From assembly GCA_016788665.1 (NCBI GenBank), contig JAEUSF010000002.1, forward strand, positions 73,387 to 137,386: 64,000 nucleotides of DNA. Reading direction: 5' to 3'. Positions 46,540 to 56,045 of the stretch are shown here, in pieces. Below the pieces are notes generated by a model that saw only the letters and a program-made list of their open reading frames with translations, was not told where the DNA came from and made no database searches. The stretch is from Candidatus Doudnabacteria bacterium. Its GTDB lineage: Bacteria; Patescibacteriota; Doudnabacteria; UBA920. Numbering within the stretch: the first letter of the stretch is position 1; each line of letters begins with the position of its first letter. A program made the position numbers and the translations under genes.

Positions 46540-48265
46540 AGAACCAACTTTAAAACCTACCGAACCCAGTATATTTGGCGTAGTAAAACCCTACAACAAA
46601 CTCATAATCCCGCTTATACTGCTGGCAATTTTAAGCAATTCACTTGCCCTATGGCTCCCCCGTTTACTTTCCCATGGCATAGACGCTTACTTGCGTGGGG
46701 AAATTTTGAACAACATATTCTGGCAATTTGGCATCACTGCCTGCATAATTTTTATTCTAACCTTTTTACAAAGCATTGTTCAAACTTATGCTTCTGAGCG
46801 AGTAGCTAAAGACCTTAGACAAACATTGTCTGAAAAAATCTCCTCTCAAACTTTTGCCGAGGTTCAGACAATAACCCCGTCGAAACTGTTGACTAATTTA
46901 ACTTCAGACATGGATGCAGTAAAAAACTTTGTAGGTCAGGTAATAGTAAACCTGGTCTCCTCGCTTGTTCTTATATTTGGCGCAAGCATACTCCTTCTTT
47001 CCATTAATTGGAGGCTGGGCCTAGCTGTTTTGTCCATTATTCCAATAATTGGGATTGCTTTCTTTTTAATTATACGAAAAGTTAGCGGCTTTTTTTTAAA
47101 GGCCCGAGAAATAATAGACTGGTTAAACAAAGTAATAAACGAAAGCATATTGGGTGCCGCACTAATTCGCGTTATTAATTCCCAAACTACTGAGCACGCA
47201 AAATTCTCCGCAGCAAATAGCAAAGCGCGGGAAGTTGGAACCGCCATCCTTAAACTCTTTTCAGCCCTTATTCCCATTGTAACCTTTGTCTCCAACTTGG
47301 CCGTTCTAATTATTTTAGTCTTTGGTGGTCGCTTTGTTATAAACGGCTCAATGTCGCTGGGCGAGTTCGCCTCCTTTAACAGCTATCTGGTCATTTTAAT
47401 ATTCCCAATTATTTTAATTGGGGTAATGAGTAACTTTATTGCGCAAGCCCAAGCTTCTTACGGACGTGTTATGGCGGTTTTAAATTCCCCTGCCCCGCAG
47501 GAAGACGGCAAACTATCGGCCAAACTTTCCGGCCTGTTAGAAATAGAAAATTTAAATTTAAGTTTTGGCGAAAAAACTGCGCTTAAAAATATAAATTTAA
47601 AAATAGAACCGAAAAGCAAAGTAGCCATAATTGGCCCCACAGCTGCCGGCAAAACCCAGCTCTTAAATTTAATTATCGGACTAATTAAACCCTCCTCGGG
47701 CAAAGTTAAATTCGACGGAAATAGTTTAGAAGAATATCAAAGAGAAGCTTTGTACAAACAAGTAGGACTTGTTTTTCAAGATAGTATTATTTTTAACATT
47801 TCGCTTAGGGAAAATATTGCCTTTAACACAGAGGTTAATGCGCAAGATCTGGACAAAGCTATTAAAACCGCCGAACTTGGCGAGTTTATTCAAAGCTTAC
47901 CCAAAGGTCTGGATACTGTTGTTTCTGAACGAGGCACAAGCCTTTCCGGCGGGCAAAAACAACGTATAATGCTTGCACGAGCCCTTGCCATTAACCCTAA
48001 AATTCTCTTGCTCGACGACTTTACCGCCCGTGTAGACACCGCAACAGAAAAAAAGATTCTCAAAAATGTGTCTGTCAACTACCCAGAACTTACTTTGGTT
48101 TCTGTAACACAAAAAATTTCTTCGGTTGAAAGCTATGACCAGATTATAGTTCTCATGGAAGGCGAAATTATAGCTTCGGGCAGGCACGAGGAACTTATGC
48201 ACCTATCTCCGGAATATGTCCAAATTTACAATTCACAGCAAAGCACCAATGAACTACAATCTTAA
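46523..48265 (+). CDS. ABC exporter, fused permease-ATPase (type I exporter; half of a heterodimer)
   Basis: 6 TM segments plus an NBD with Walker A GPTAAGKTQL, signature LSGGQKQR and Walker B LLLDD. Confidence 0.85.
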   Translation: MNTMNKEPTLKPTEPSIFGVVKPYNKLIIPLILLAILSNSLALWLPRLLSHGIDAYLRGEILNNIFWQFGITACIIFILTFLQSIVQTYASERVAKDLRQTLSEKISSQTFAEVQTITPSKLLTNLTSDMDAVKNFVGQVIVNLVSSLVLIFGASILLLSINWRLGLAVLSIIPIIGIAFFLIIRKVSGFFLKAREIIDWLNKVINESILGAALIRVINSQTTEHAKFSAANSKAREVGTAILKLFSALIPIVTFVSNLAVLIILVFGGRFVINGSMSLGEFASFNSYLVILIFPIILIGVMSNFIAQAQASYGRVMAVLNSPAPQEDGKLSAKLSGLLEIENLNLSFGEKTALKNINLKIEPKSKVAIIGPTAAGKTQLLNLIIGLIKPSSGKVKFDGNSLEEYQREALYKQVGLVFQDSIIFNISLRENIAFNTEVNAQDLDKAIKTAELGEFIQSLPKGLDTVVSERGTSLSGGQKQRIMLARALAINPKILLLDDFTARVDTATEKKILKNVSVNYPELTLVSVTQKISSVESYDQIIVLMEGEIIASGRHEELMHLSPEYVQIYNSQQSTNELQS

Positions 48266-50009
48266 CAAACCAGAAGCCGGAAAGAAAACTTCGACCTGGC
48301 AAGCGGGCAAAAAACTGTGGCCATTGCTCGTAGAGGAAAAAAATATTATATTTGCAGCGGTTTTAGCTGTGGCTATAAATTCATTCCTAAACCTTCTTGC
48401 ACCATGGCTTATTGCCCATGTTGTGGATGCCTATATTATTCGTAAGAATTTTGAAGGCGTGCTTACTTTCTCCGGCATAATTCTGGTTATGTATCTGTTT
48501 GGGCTTATTACGAGCTATATGCAGACCAGGCTAATGGGCGGTGTGGGACAAAGAGTGCTCTACCGTTTGCGCAACCAAGTTTTTAACAAACTCCAAGAGC
48601 TGCCTGTTGACTTCTTTAACCAAAATAAAGCCGGGGACTTAATTTCACGCATTAACAACGACACGGACAAAATTAACCTGTTTTTCTCACAGTCTGTTGT
48701 CCAATTCATGAGCAGTATTTTTCTTATGCTCGGCGCGGCCGTATTCCTACTTAGCATAAACCTTAAGCTTGGAGCGGCTACTCTTGCTCCCGCAGTACTA
48801 CTCTTAATAGTTACCAGAGCACTTTCAGCCTGGGTAAAAAACAAAAATCTAGCCAGCTCCCAGTCTTTGGGCGGCTTAAGTTCGGAAATTCAAGAGAGTC
48901 TAAATAACTTTAAAGTCATAATAGCTTTTAACCGCCGCGACTATTTTAAAAAGCGCTTCCAGGAGGTAAACAACATAAACTACGAAGCTGCAATTGCAGC
49001 CGGCGTCGCAAACAACACTTTTACCCCCATATATGGACTCGCCTCTAACTTGGGACAGCTTATTGTGCTGGTCTATGGTATTATGCTTATTTCCTCCGGA
49101 CAATTTACTGTTGGACTACTTATTAGTTTTGTGGCTTACGCTAGTAATTTCTACAATCCTTTAAGGCAGCTGGCGGCACTTTGGGCAAATTTCCAGGCCG
49201 CGCTTGCCAGCTGGGACCGCGTACATGAAATATTAGCAATGGAAAGTAATTTGCCAAAAATCACCCAAGCCTCAAACATCAAAGCAACCAATGCGCTTCT
49301 GGAATTTAAACATGTTAGCTTTGGCTACACCGAAGGCAAAGAAGTTTTGCACAATATAAATTTACTTCTTGAAAAAGGTAAAACATACGCACTTGTAGGA
49401 CCCACCGGTGGGGGTAAAACCACCACCGCTTCCTTAATGGCAAGACTATATGACCCAACCTCAGGCGAAGTATTTTTAGACGGAAAAGATATTCGTTCAT
49501 ATTTGCCTGCCGAACGTACAAAAAAAGTCGGTTTTATTTTGCAGGAGCCTATTCTCTTTACAGGTACGGTCAAAGAAAATATTTTATACGGCAACGAACA
49601 GTACTCTTCCCTTAGCGAAGAAGAGTTAACAAATATTATTCATAAAGCCGGCTTGGAAAAAATACTGGAAAGATTCGACAAAGGACTTAAAACTCAACTT
49701 ACTGCCAGCGGTGATGCGGTTAGCCTTGGACAAAAACAGCTTATTGCCTTTATGCGTGCCGTGCTTCGTAATCCTGACATACTTATACTCGACGAGGCCA
49801 CTGCTAACATAGACACCGTAACCGAACAACTCCTGGAAGAGATTTTAAAAAACCTTCCCGCCCATACAACTAAAGTTATAATTGCACACAGGCTCAATAC
49901 CATACAAAACGCAGATGATATTTTCTTCGTTAACTCCGGCTCGGTAACCGAAGCCGGCTCCATGGATCACGCCATGGAAATGCTGCTTCACAACGAAAGA
50001 AATAGTTAA
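48216..50009 (+). CDS. ABC exporter, fused permease-ATPase (second half of the heterodimer)
   Basis: 6 TM segments plus an NBD with GPTGGGKTT, SLGQKQL and ILILDEAT. Overlaps the upstream gene. Confidence 0.85.
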   Translation: MSKFTIHSKAPMNYNLNKPEAGKKTSTWQAGKKLWPLLVEEKNIIFAAVLAVAINSFLNLLAPWLIAHVVDAYIIRKNFEGVLTFSGIILVMYLFGLITSYMQTRLMGGVGQRVLYRLRNQVFNKLQELPVDFFNQNKAGDLISRINNDTDKINLFFSQSVVQFMSSIFLMLGAAVFLLSINLKLGAATLAPAVLLLIVTRALSAWVKNKNLASSQSLGGLSSEIQESLNNFKVIIAFNRRDYFKKRFQEVNNINYEAAIAAGVANNTFTPIYGLASNLGQLIVLVYGIMLISSGQFTVGLLISFVAYASNFYNPLRQLAALWANFQAALASWDRVHEILAMESNLPKITQASNIKATNALLEFKHVSFGYTEGKEVLHNINLLLEKGKTYALVGPTGGGKTTTASLMARLYDPTSGEVFLDGKDIRSYLPAERTKKVGFILQEPILFTGTVKENILYGNEQYSSLSEEELTNIIHKAGLEKILERFDKGLKTQLTASGDAVSLGQKQLIAFMRAVLRNPDILILDEATANIDTVTEQLLEEILKNLPAHTTKVIIAHRLNTIQNADDIFFVNSGSVTEAGSMDHAMEMLLHNERNS

Positions 50010-50100
50010 AACTCCTGACACTCTCAAATAAAAGCGCTCTATAAAGGAGCGCTTTTATTGTTTACCTACACGTCTTTATTTTTACCGCGGCACCAACCTG

Positions 50101-51192
50101 TTAATAATCCTTATGCCCATACTCTTTAAGTTCGTCCATTTTTTTCTTAAAAAATTTACCAAATCGTTTATCTTTTTGCCTTTTTTGCACCGTATTCATT
50201 TTATAAAACCCGGCTTCTTTTTTTAAATTGAGATAATTATTATATTTATCCTTACTAAGTTCGCCGGAAGCTACCGCCGCTCTAACAGCACAATCCGGCT
50301 CGTGAACATGAGAGCAGTCGGTGTACTTACAATTTTTTTCCAAAACAACTACATCCTCAAACGAACCCGACACACCCTGCTCGGAGTCCACAAGCCCAAC
50401 TTCGCGAATACCCGGATTATCTATTAGGATTCCCCCATTTTCTAATACGTACATTTCACGACTTGTGGTAGTATGCTTACCCTTGTCTGTGTTTTCATTA
50501 ATGCTTTTTGTTTTTATACTTTCATCACCGACAAGTTTTTTTACTAAAGAAGATTTTCCAACCCCGGAGGAACCCAAAAAACAATAAGTCTTTCGCGGGG
50601 TTATATATGTCTCCAGCTCCTGCAAACCGGATTCTTTTAAAATACTAGTGCAAATAACATGTACCCCTGGCATACGATTTTGTATTTCTGAAACTTTAAC
50701 AATCAGTTCTTCCGGAGTAACAAGGTCGGCTTTATTTAAAACCACCGCAGGCTCAATCTGACCATCTCTCGCCAGCGCAACATATCTCTCCAGCCTATTT
50801 ATGTTATAGTCGCTGTTTACCGATTCCACTACAAACACTATATCTATATTGGAAGCTATAACCTGCACTTCGTCCTTGCCGGCGGATTTTCTTTTTAAAA
50901 TTGTTTTTCTGGGAAGGATTCCCCGCACCACCGCCTGGTCCTGGTTTAACTTCTCTATAACCACCCAATCGCCAACGGCAGGATAGTCCTCCCTCGAACT
51001 CGCGTTGTATATTTGCTTACCAGTAATTTTTGCTAAGAATTCTTCATCCCCAGTTTTTACTTTGTAGCCACCCCTGTATTCAGAAATAACTCTTGCAACT
51101 AAAAATCTCTCCAGCCCCATTGCTTTTCGACCTTCTTCAAAAAACTCATTATACCCCATTGCTATTAATTCTTGCGTGTTTATATTCTGCAT
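50101..51192 (-). CDS. rsgA: Ribosome small-subunit-dependent GTPase A (RsgA/YjeQ)
   Basis: Circularly permuted GTPase with GSSGVGKSSL after the G4 region, an OB N-terminal domain and a C-terminal zinc finger C..C..H..C. Confidence 0.85.
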   Translation of the reverse strand: MQNINTQELIAMGYNEFFEEGRKAMGLERFLVARVISEYRGGYKVKTGDEEFLAKITGKQIYNASSREDYPAVGDWVVIEKLNQDQAVVRGILPRKTILKRKSAGKDEVQVIASNIDIVFVVESVNSDYNINRLERYVALARDGQIEPAVVLNKADLVTPEELIVKVSEIQNRMPGVHVICTSILKESGLQELETYITPRKTYCFLGSSGVGKSSLVKKLVGDESIKTKSINENTDKGKHTTTSREMYVLENGGILIDNPGIREVGLVDSEQGVSGSFEDVVVLEKNCKYTDCSHVHEPDCAVRAAVASGELSKDKYNNYLNLKKEAGFYKMNTVQKRQKDKRFGKFFKKKMDELKEYGHKDY

Positions 51193-51386
51193 TTGTATAT
51201 TATAGCTAAGTTTGTCTTTAAAGAATAGAAAATATAAAAAAATACCAAAAACCTTTTCTTTTGTATTTGTAAAACAAAACTAAACTGGTCGTAAGTTAAT
51301 AAAAGAAAATATGGTCCTCTGCTACAGTCTGCTATAACACATAAAAAAAAGCCTGCCTCTAAGACAGACTCGCTGCTAACGTACGA

Positions 51387-51965
51387 CTACCGCCCAACCA
51401 ACTCCCGGTTTTCGGGAACCGTCGCATGCGGCGGCGTGACCACAGGAAGACGCGGTCCAGCCTGTGCGCTAAAACGCGTGCCTACACCACACATCCAAAC
51501 CATAAGACGCGCCAGCACAGACGCCCGCTGCGCCACCTGCACCGCCGGCGGCATGCTCAGTTCCACCCTTTCGCTCGCACCGGCGAGCGACAAAACACGT
51601 ACGCACTGGTTCTCGTTAAGGCGCTGCAGAAGCAGCTCCCGTCCGTTGTCAAACCGAACCCCGTCGCGGTGAATGTAGGCGTCGACCCCCAACTGAGTGA
51701 AAGTCACCAGCTCAGTCTCCCTGACAGCAAATTCTTTCCGAAGCCGCACGGGGATATCCTCCAACATCAACTGCGCACCGGGTGGAATGCACACAGCGCA
51801 CAACATATGGGCACTGTGGTTATTGCCCTGCTCAACCACATCGCGGAATGCAGGGTCACCGGACGAGACCATCCCCATTGACCCGCCCGGAAAGCGGACC
51901 GTTACCAGCGTCTCGCCTTCATTAGCAAGGCGATTTTTGTGTGCGTGCAAGCTATAGTCGCACAT
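51387..51965 (-). CDS. GC-rich hypothetical protein (N-terminus MCDYSLHAHKNRLA...)
   Basis: 192 aa, about 60% GC. Promoter TTGACC-17-TAGACT (complement of 52022-52050) and AAAAGAGGA RBS. No assignable domain. Confidence 0.45.
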   Translation of the reverse strand: MCDYSLHAHKNRLANEGETLVTVRFPGGSMGMVSSGDPAFRDVVEQGNNHSAHMLCAVCIPPGAQLMLEDIPVRLRKEFAVRETELVTFTQLGVDAYIHRDGVRFDNGRELLLQRLNENQCVRVLSLAGASERVELSMPPAVQVAQRASVLARLMVWMCGVGTRFSAQAGPRLPVVTPPHATVPENRELVGR

Positions 51966-52099
51966 TGTGATCCTCTTTTCTACATGTAGTAAAGCCCCTC
52001 AGAAAGGAGCTTGATGCAGAAAGTCTACACAAAAAAGTAGCACTGGTCAACTCTATACATAAAAAACCTCTTTTAAATATTTAAAAGAGGTTTTTTGAA

Positions 52100-52903
52100 C
52101 TATTCCAAGTCATTAAAATCATAAACGTTCAAATGTCTATCCCCGTTTAAAGAGTCCTTTTCTATTTCTTCTAAATCCTCATCTAACAATTTTATAGCTT
52201 CTGGAGCGTTTGAATTACCAGGCTTTATTGCCAACAGAACTGAATTCCTATGTAACTGTATGTCCAAACCACCCGCTTCGACACTTGCTGTGTTGTAAAC
52301 CGGTAAACTCGCCACATCATAACCCAACTTTTTAAATACATTTTCAAATTGCTCGTAGTCTTTTGCTACTGACCCTGAATAATTTACACTCTTCCCCAAA
52401 TTTGCAAAGACTCCTTTAAATATTCCGCCTGGAACCAAAACTTCGTCCAGCCTTTTTATGGCTAAATTCGGGTAAGCAGAATAAGCAACAGAATACATAG
52501 CCAAAATTCCACCAACCGAGTTGTTCTTTATTCCTCTTAAAGTTTCTGTGCCGGTTAAACGAGCCTTGTCAGGTGGAAAGTTTCTAAATAATTCCGGATC
52601 CCTACTCAAAGCTGTAACACTAAAGTCTAACCCTTGTGCCATTGGCATTTGGCTAATTTTCTTAGCCGCATTTCCACTACCTGTGCCTATATCTAAAATT
52701 CTATTTGAGCTTAAAGTTTTTACATACTCGAAAACATGCATAAGACCACCCATTCTGTACACTACTTCCCTTCCGCTTCGCGAAGTTATATATTTATTCC
52801 CCACCAAACTTTCTGGAGCGGTTTCCTGTTTTCTGGCGTTATTTATTTGCTCAGCTATTTTTTTTCTTTCGTAATAGTATTTTATTTTTTCCACGTTTTC
52901 CAT
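52100..52903 (-). CDS. Class I SAM-dependent methyltransferase
   Basis: Motif I ILDIGTGSGNAA and the downstream Rossmann pattern. Terminator hairpin at 52062-52099. Confidence 0.75.
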   Translation of the reverse strand: MENVEKIKYYYERKKIAEQINNARKQETAPESLVGNKYITSRSGREVVYRMGGLMHVFEYVKTLSSNRILDIGTGSGNAAKKISQMPMAQGLDFSVTALSRDPELFRNFPPDKARLTGTETLRGIKNNSVGGILAMYSVAYSAYPNLAIKRLDEVLVPGGIFKGVFANLGKSVNYSGSVAKDYEQFENVFKKLGYDVASLPVYNTASVEAGGLDIQLHRNSVLLAIKPGNSNAPEAIKLLDEDLEEIEKDSLNGDRHLNVYDFNDLE

Positions 52904-52972
52904 ACCGATTTCTACTCAAATAATGTTTAATTCATTATAACAAATATTCTGTTTTACTTATTACACAACCTA

Positions 52973-53899
52973 TTGATAAAACAGTCAGTTAAGTATAGAA
53001 TTATATCCTGTAAGTTTTCAATCCCAGAGGGAGGACCGATGAACTTTTCCACATACCTTGAGGTACTGTTGTCCGCCAAAGAAGCGGCGGCAAAAATCCC
53101 CTTGGGGGTCTACGACCCCATTGTCTGGCCTGAGCTAAGACCAGACGCGCCGACAGCAATGCTGTTGTCCGCGCATCCAGACGACGAATGGCTGTCCTTT
53201 ATGCCGCTGGGTTTGCGGCTACGGCGAGAAGGCTACAACGTTGTTGTGGTCGCTGTTACCTTAGGGCGGCCCGAACAGCACGCGCGACGCCTTAGCGAAC
53301 TAACAGCTGCCTGCCGCTACGGCGGCATGGAACTGTGCGTTCCGGGACCCGAAGGCAAAGGCCTACGGGACCAAATCAGAAACGAAAATGGGGAAACATT
53401 TTCCGGCGCTGTAGAAGAGGTGCTGAAACTAACCAACCGCTACATGCCCAAAGTGTTCATAACACACCACGCGGAAGACGGACACCGGGACCACAAAAGC
53501 TGCAATCGTTTGGCCAAAATTGCGACTGCCTGCAGCAAACAGCACACATTCCTCGTCGAAACGGAATACTGGCAAGACATTGGCGAACCCAACTGCCAAC
53601 TCGAAGTAGCATACCTAGACGTAGTCCGCGTTATGGAGGGTGTCAGTTTCCACAAGGGGGAACTGGAAAGGAACCCTTACCACTTAACCTACCCTCTACT
53701 CGGTATGCTGAATGCCCAGTACGTAGAACGCGTTGTGGGGTTTGGCAACCCCGCGGCGAAATTTCAGTTCTCGGTAATACTGAAGCTGACGGTGTTTAAA
53801 ATGGGCCGCCAGTACGACTACAAACACCCTAGCCAACTCAGCACGGACCAGTCAGTGTCCATGCTCTTTCCGGAAAAACCAACCACAACGTCAGTTTAA
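52973..53899 (+). CDS. GC-rich PIG-L/LmbE-family N-acetylglucosaminyl deacetylase (probable start 53039 after GAGGGAGG RBS)
   Basis: LLSAHPDDE motif and DGHRDH (HxDH) metal-binding motif. Promoter TTGATA-17-TAGAAT at 52973-53001. About 55% GC. Confidence 0.7.
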   Translation: MIKQSVKYRIISCKFSIPEGGPMNFSTYLEVLLSAKEAAAKIPLGVYDPIVWPELRPDAPTAMLLSAHPDDEWLSFMPLGLRLRREGYNVVVVAVTLGRPEQHARRLSELTAACRYGGMELCVPGPEGKGLRDQIRNENGETFSGAVEEVLKLTNRYMPKVFITHHAEDGHRDHKSCNRLAKIATACSKQHTFLVETEYWQDIGEPNCQLEVAYLDVVRVMEGVSFHKGELERNPYHLTYPLLGMLNAQYVERVVGFGNPAAKFQFSVILKLTVFKMGRQYDYKHPSQLSTDQSVSMLFPEKPTTTSV

Positions 53900-54195
53900 A
53901 CAACTGCCGTTTTTTTATTAAACGAAGATTGAGATACATGAAGACTGACTCGCGATTTAATCCAATCTTTGTGTGTTCTTGTCTGTGGTCGCTCAGCTGT
54001 TAGCAAGCACCTCTCTTTTAGTTCAATGTATAAAGTTTCAATATGCCTCCAATGCTTTTGCTGTTCTAAATCAAAAAGCTTAGAATCTTCATCCTTAAAA
54101 ATCAAACTAAAAACACCATTCCGGGTGTGTCCCTCGACTCGGCTGCACTCGCTCGGGACAAAATAAAATACCCCATACATTGGGGTATTTTATTT

Positions 54196-54270
54196 TGGTA
54201 GCGCTACGGAGAATCGAACTCCGATTTAGTGGATGAAAACCACTTGTCCTAACCATTAGACGATAGCGCC
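54196..54270 (-). tRNA. tRNA-Glu (anticodon TTC)
   Basis: On the minus strand: acceptor GGCGCTA, anticodon stem AGTGG/CCACT with loop TTTTCAT (U33, TTC, A37), T arm GGAGTTCGATTCTCC, discriminator A and CCA. Confidence 0.8.
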
Positions 54271-54409
54271 AAAAGATTGAATTAAGAAGTAGGAATAAAG
54301 ATTAGGAATAAAACCACACTTAACTTTTGAAATTTTAACATAATTGAGCTTTTTTTTCAAGGGCTCAGTTAAGGCCAAATTTGCATTTTCCCAACAAAAA
54401 AGAGAAGCT

Positions 54410-54916
54410 CTAGGCTTTCTCAATCTTATATGGACTATTTAACTCTTCTTCGGCTCGATTAGCAAAACCAATAAACAACGCTATATCCTGAGCACTCATA
54501 GTACGCGGCTTGGTGTCTTTTATACACAGAACTCCTATAGGCTGCCCATCTTTCCGGTTACGCAACGCCATACCGGCATAAAACCTCACAAATGGCGGAC
54601 CAACTACATACGGGTTGTCAGAAAACCTTGGGTCCAGTTTAGTGTCTTCTACAATAAATATATATTTGCTGAGCATTGCATGACCACAAAAAGATATTTC
54701 TCTTTTACCTTCCTTGGTGGGCAACCCCTGGCAAGATTTAAACCATTCCCTGTCCCTGTCTATAATAGATATGGTACAAATAGGAACAGAAAACCATTCC
54801 ACCACTTCTTTTGTCAGCCTATCAAACCTTTCCTCTGGCTTAGTATCTAAGACTTGCAGACTATGCAGGCTAAGAAGCCTGGCGTCCTCGTCAACTGGCA
54901 TAGGCGAAATTTGCAT
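54410..54916 (-). CDS. Stand-alone GAF-domain protein
   Basis: DEDARLLSLHSLQVLDTKPEERFDRLTKEVVEWFSVPICTISIIDRDREWFKSCQGL is canonical GAF N-terminal consensus. 168 aa. Confidence 0.8.
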   Translation of the reverse strand: MQISPMPVDEDARLLSLHSLQVLDTKPEERFDRLTKEVVEWFSVPICTISIIDRDREWFKSCQGLPTKEGKREISFCGHAMLSKYIFIVEDTKLDPRFSDNPYVVGPPFVRFYAGMALRNRKDGQPIGVLCIKDTKPRTMSAQDIALFIGFANRAEEELNSPYKIEKA

Positions 54917-54927
54917 GTTTATTCTAT

Positions 54928-55431
54928 TTAATTGTTCGTTTTAGGAATAACCGTCTGAATACCTAAAAAATATTTCACCTCCCCCTCGTCACCAAGAATA
55001 GGAGAAATACGAATACTGGCATCGTATAGCTCTCCGTTCTTCTTTTTATTTAGTACTTGAAAAACTACTGCCTTTTTTTCTTCTAAAATGCTTTTCCAAA
55101 GCCTTTTATAAAATTCTTCTGGCATTTGCCTTCCCCATATAGCTGGGGTTTTCCCCACTACCTCATTTTGGGTATAGCCTGTTACCGCTTCCACTTGAGG
55201 ATTAATATATAAAATAACACCATTACAGTCCGTCAAAAAAACCTGGCTTCCTCCGTCTTCCAAAACTGAATTAATTGTGCCACAACGCAAGCATTTTATT
55301 TCAATCTTTGCATTCTCTCCATGCTGCTTACCCAAAAGCTTGTTGCAGCTTTTGCAGCGAAACTCGTACCAAAAGTTGGAGTCTAAGTGACTATGTGGAA
55401 ATTGTAAACTCAAATCTTCGTTTAAATTCAT
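54928..55431 (-). CDS. Zinc-ribbon plus PAS-domain protein (no output domain)
   Basis: N-terminal C-x2-C...C-x2-C (CKSCNKLL...CLRCGT), then PAS-like FLTDCNGVILYINPQVEAVTGYTQNEVVGK. Confidence 0.6.
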   Translation of the reverse strand: MNLNEDLSLQFPHSHLDSNFWYEFRCKSCNKLLGKQHGENAKIEIKCLRCGTINSVLEDGGSQVFLTDCNGVILYINPQVEAVTGYTQNEVVGKTPAIWGRQMPEEFYKRLWKSILEEKKAVVFQVLNKKKNGELYDASIRISPILGDEGEVKYFLGIQTVIPKTNN

Positions 55432-55590
55432 TGGCTTAAAAAAACAAAGCCCAACCCGACAGTTAATCTGCAGTGTTGAGCTTCGAGAGCTACTATATAA
55501 CTAGAGTAACATATATTTTTTTTATTGACAATTTTAAACTCAAACTATTTTAAAAAAAGACCTTCGCTGAACGAAAGTCTTTTTTAAAAA

Positions 55591-55956
55591 CTATTTTGCT
55601 AACTCGCCGGCATAAAAGCCACTCAATGTTTGCACAAACTTAGCTCCCCCACCATGCTGCTTGGTAAAAGCTTCGGTACCGTCCTGACCACAAATGCCTA
55701 AAATTGCTTTTTGTCCGCCCGGATGTTTCTTTATCCATTCAGTTAAGTTATAAACTTTGGAATTCACAACGGATAAACAGTTTTCTGCAGAATTAGCAAG
55801 GGCAATTTCAGACATGGTGTAAACTTTGACCTGTTCAGAATTTCCTCCCGAAGCTTTTTGCCCTGAAGCCTGGTTATTATTTGTTGTAGAAGATTGCCCG
55901 GCACAGCCAGCGGCTATAAAGCTAAATAAAAAAGTAGCAATAAGAAATTTTTTCAT
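55591..55956 (-). CDS. Cytochrome b5-like heme-binding domain lipoprotein
   Basis: Signal plus lipobox (IAAGC). VYTMSEIALANSAENCLSVVNSKVYNLTEWIKKHPGG and TEAFTKQHGGG match the cyt-b5 HPGG/His pattern. Confidence 0.55.
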   Translation of the reverse strand: MKKFLIATFLFSFIAAGCAGQSSTTNNNQASGQKASGGNSEQVKVYTMSEIALANSAENCLSVVNSKVYNLTEWIKKHPGGQKAILGICGQDGTEAFTKQHGGGAKFVQTLSGFYAGELAK

Positions 55957-56045
55957 AAGTTTATTTAATAATAGCCTTTAAATACTAATTTATCCATTAA
56001 ATTTTTGCAAATTAATTGCAATATTTTGCGTACCCTTACATTTAA

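Noticed and set aside
53896-54180. 94-aa minus-strand ORF between the PIG-L gene and tRNA-Glu
   Set aside because: There is no RBS or promoter evidence. It overlaps an equally long plus-strand ORF. The region may simply be an intergenic spacer with terminators, so it is left unannotated.
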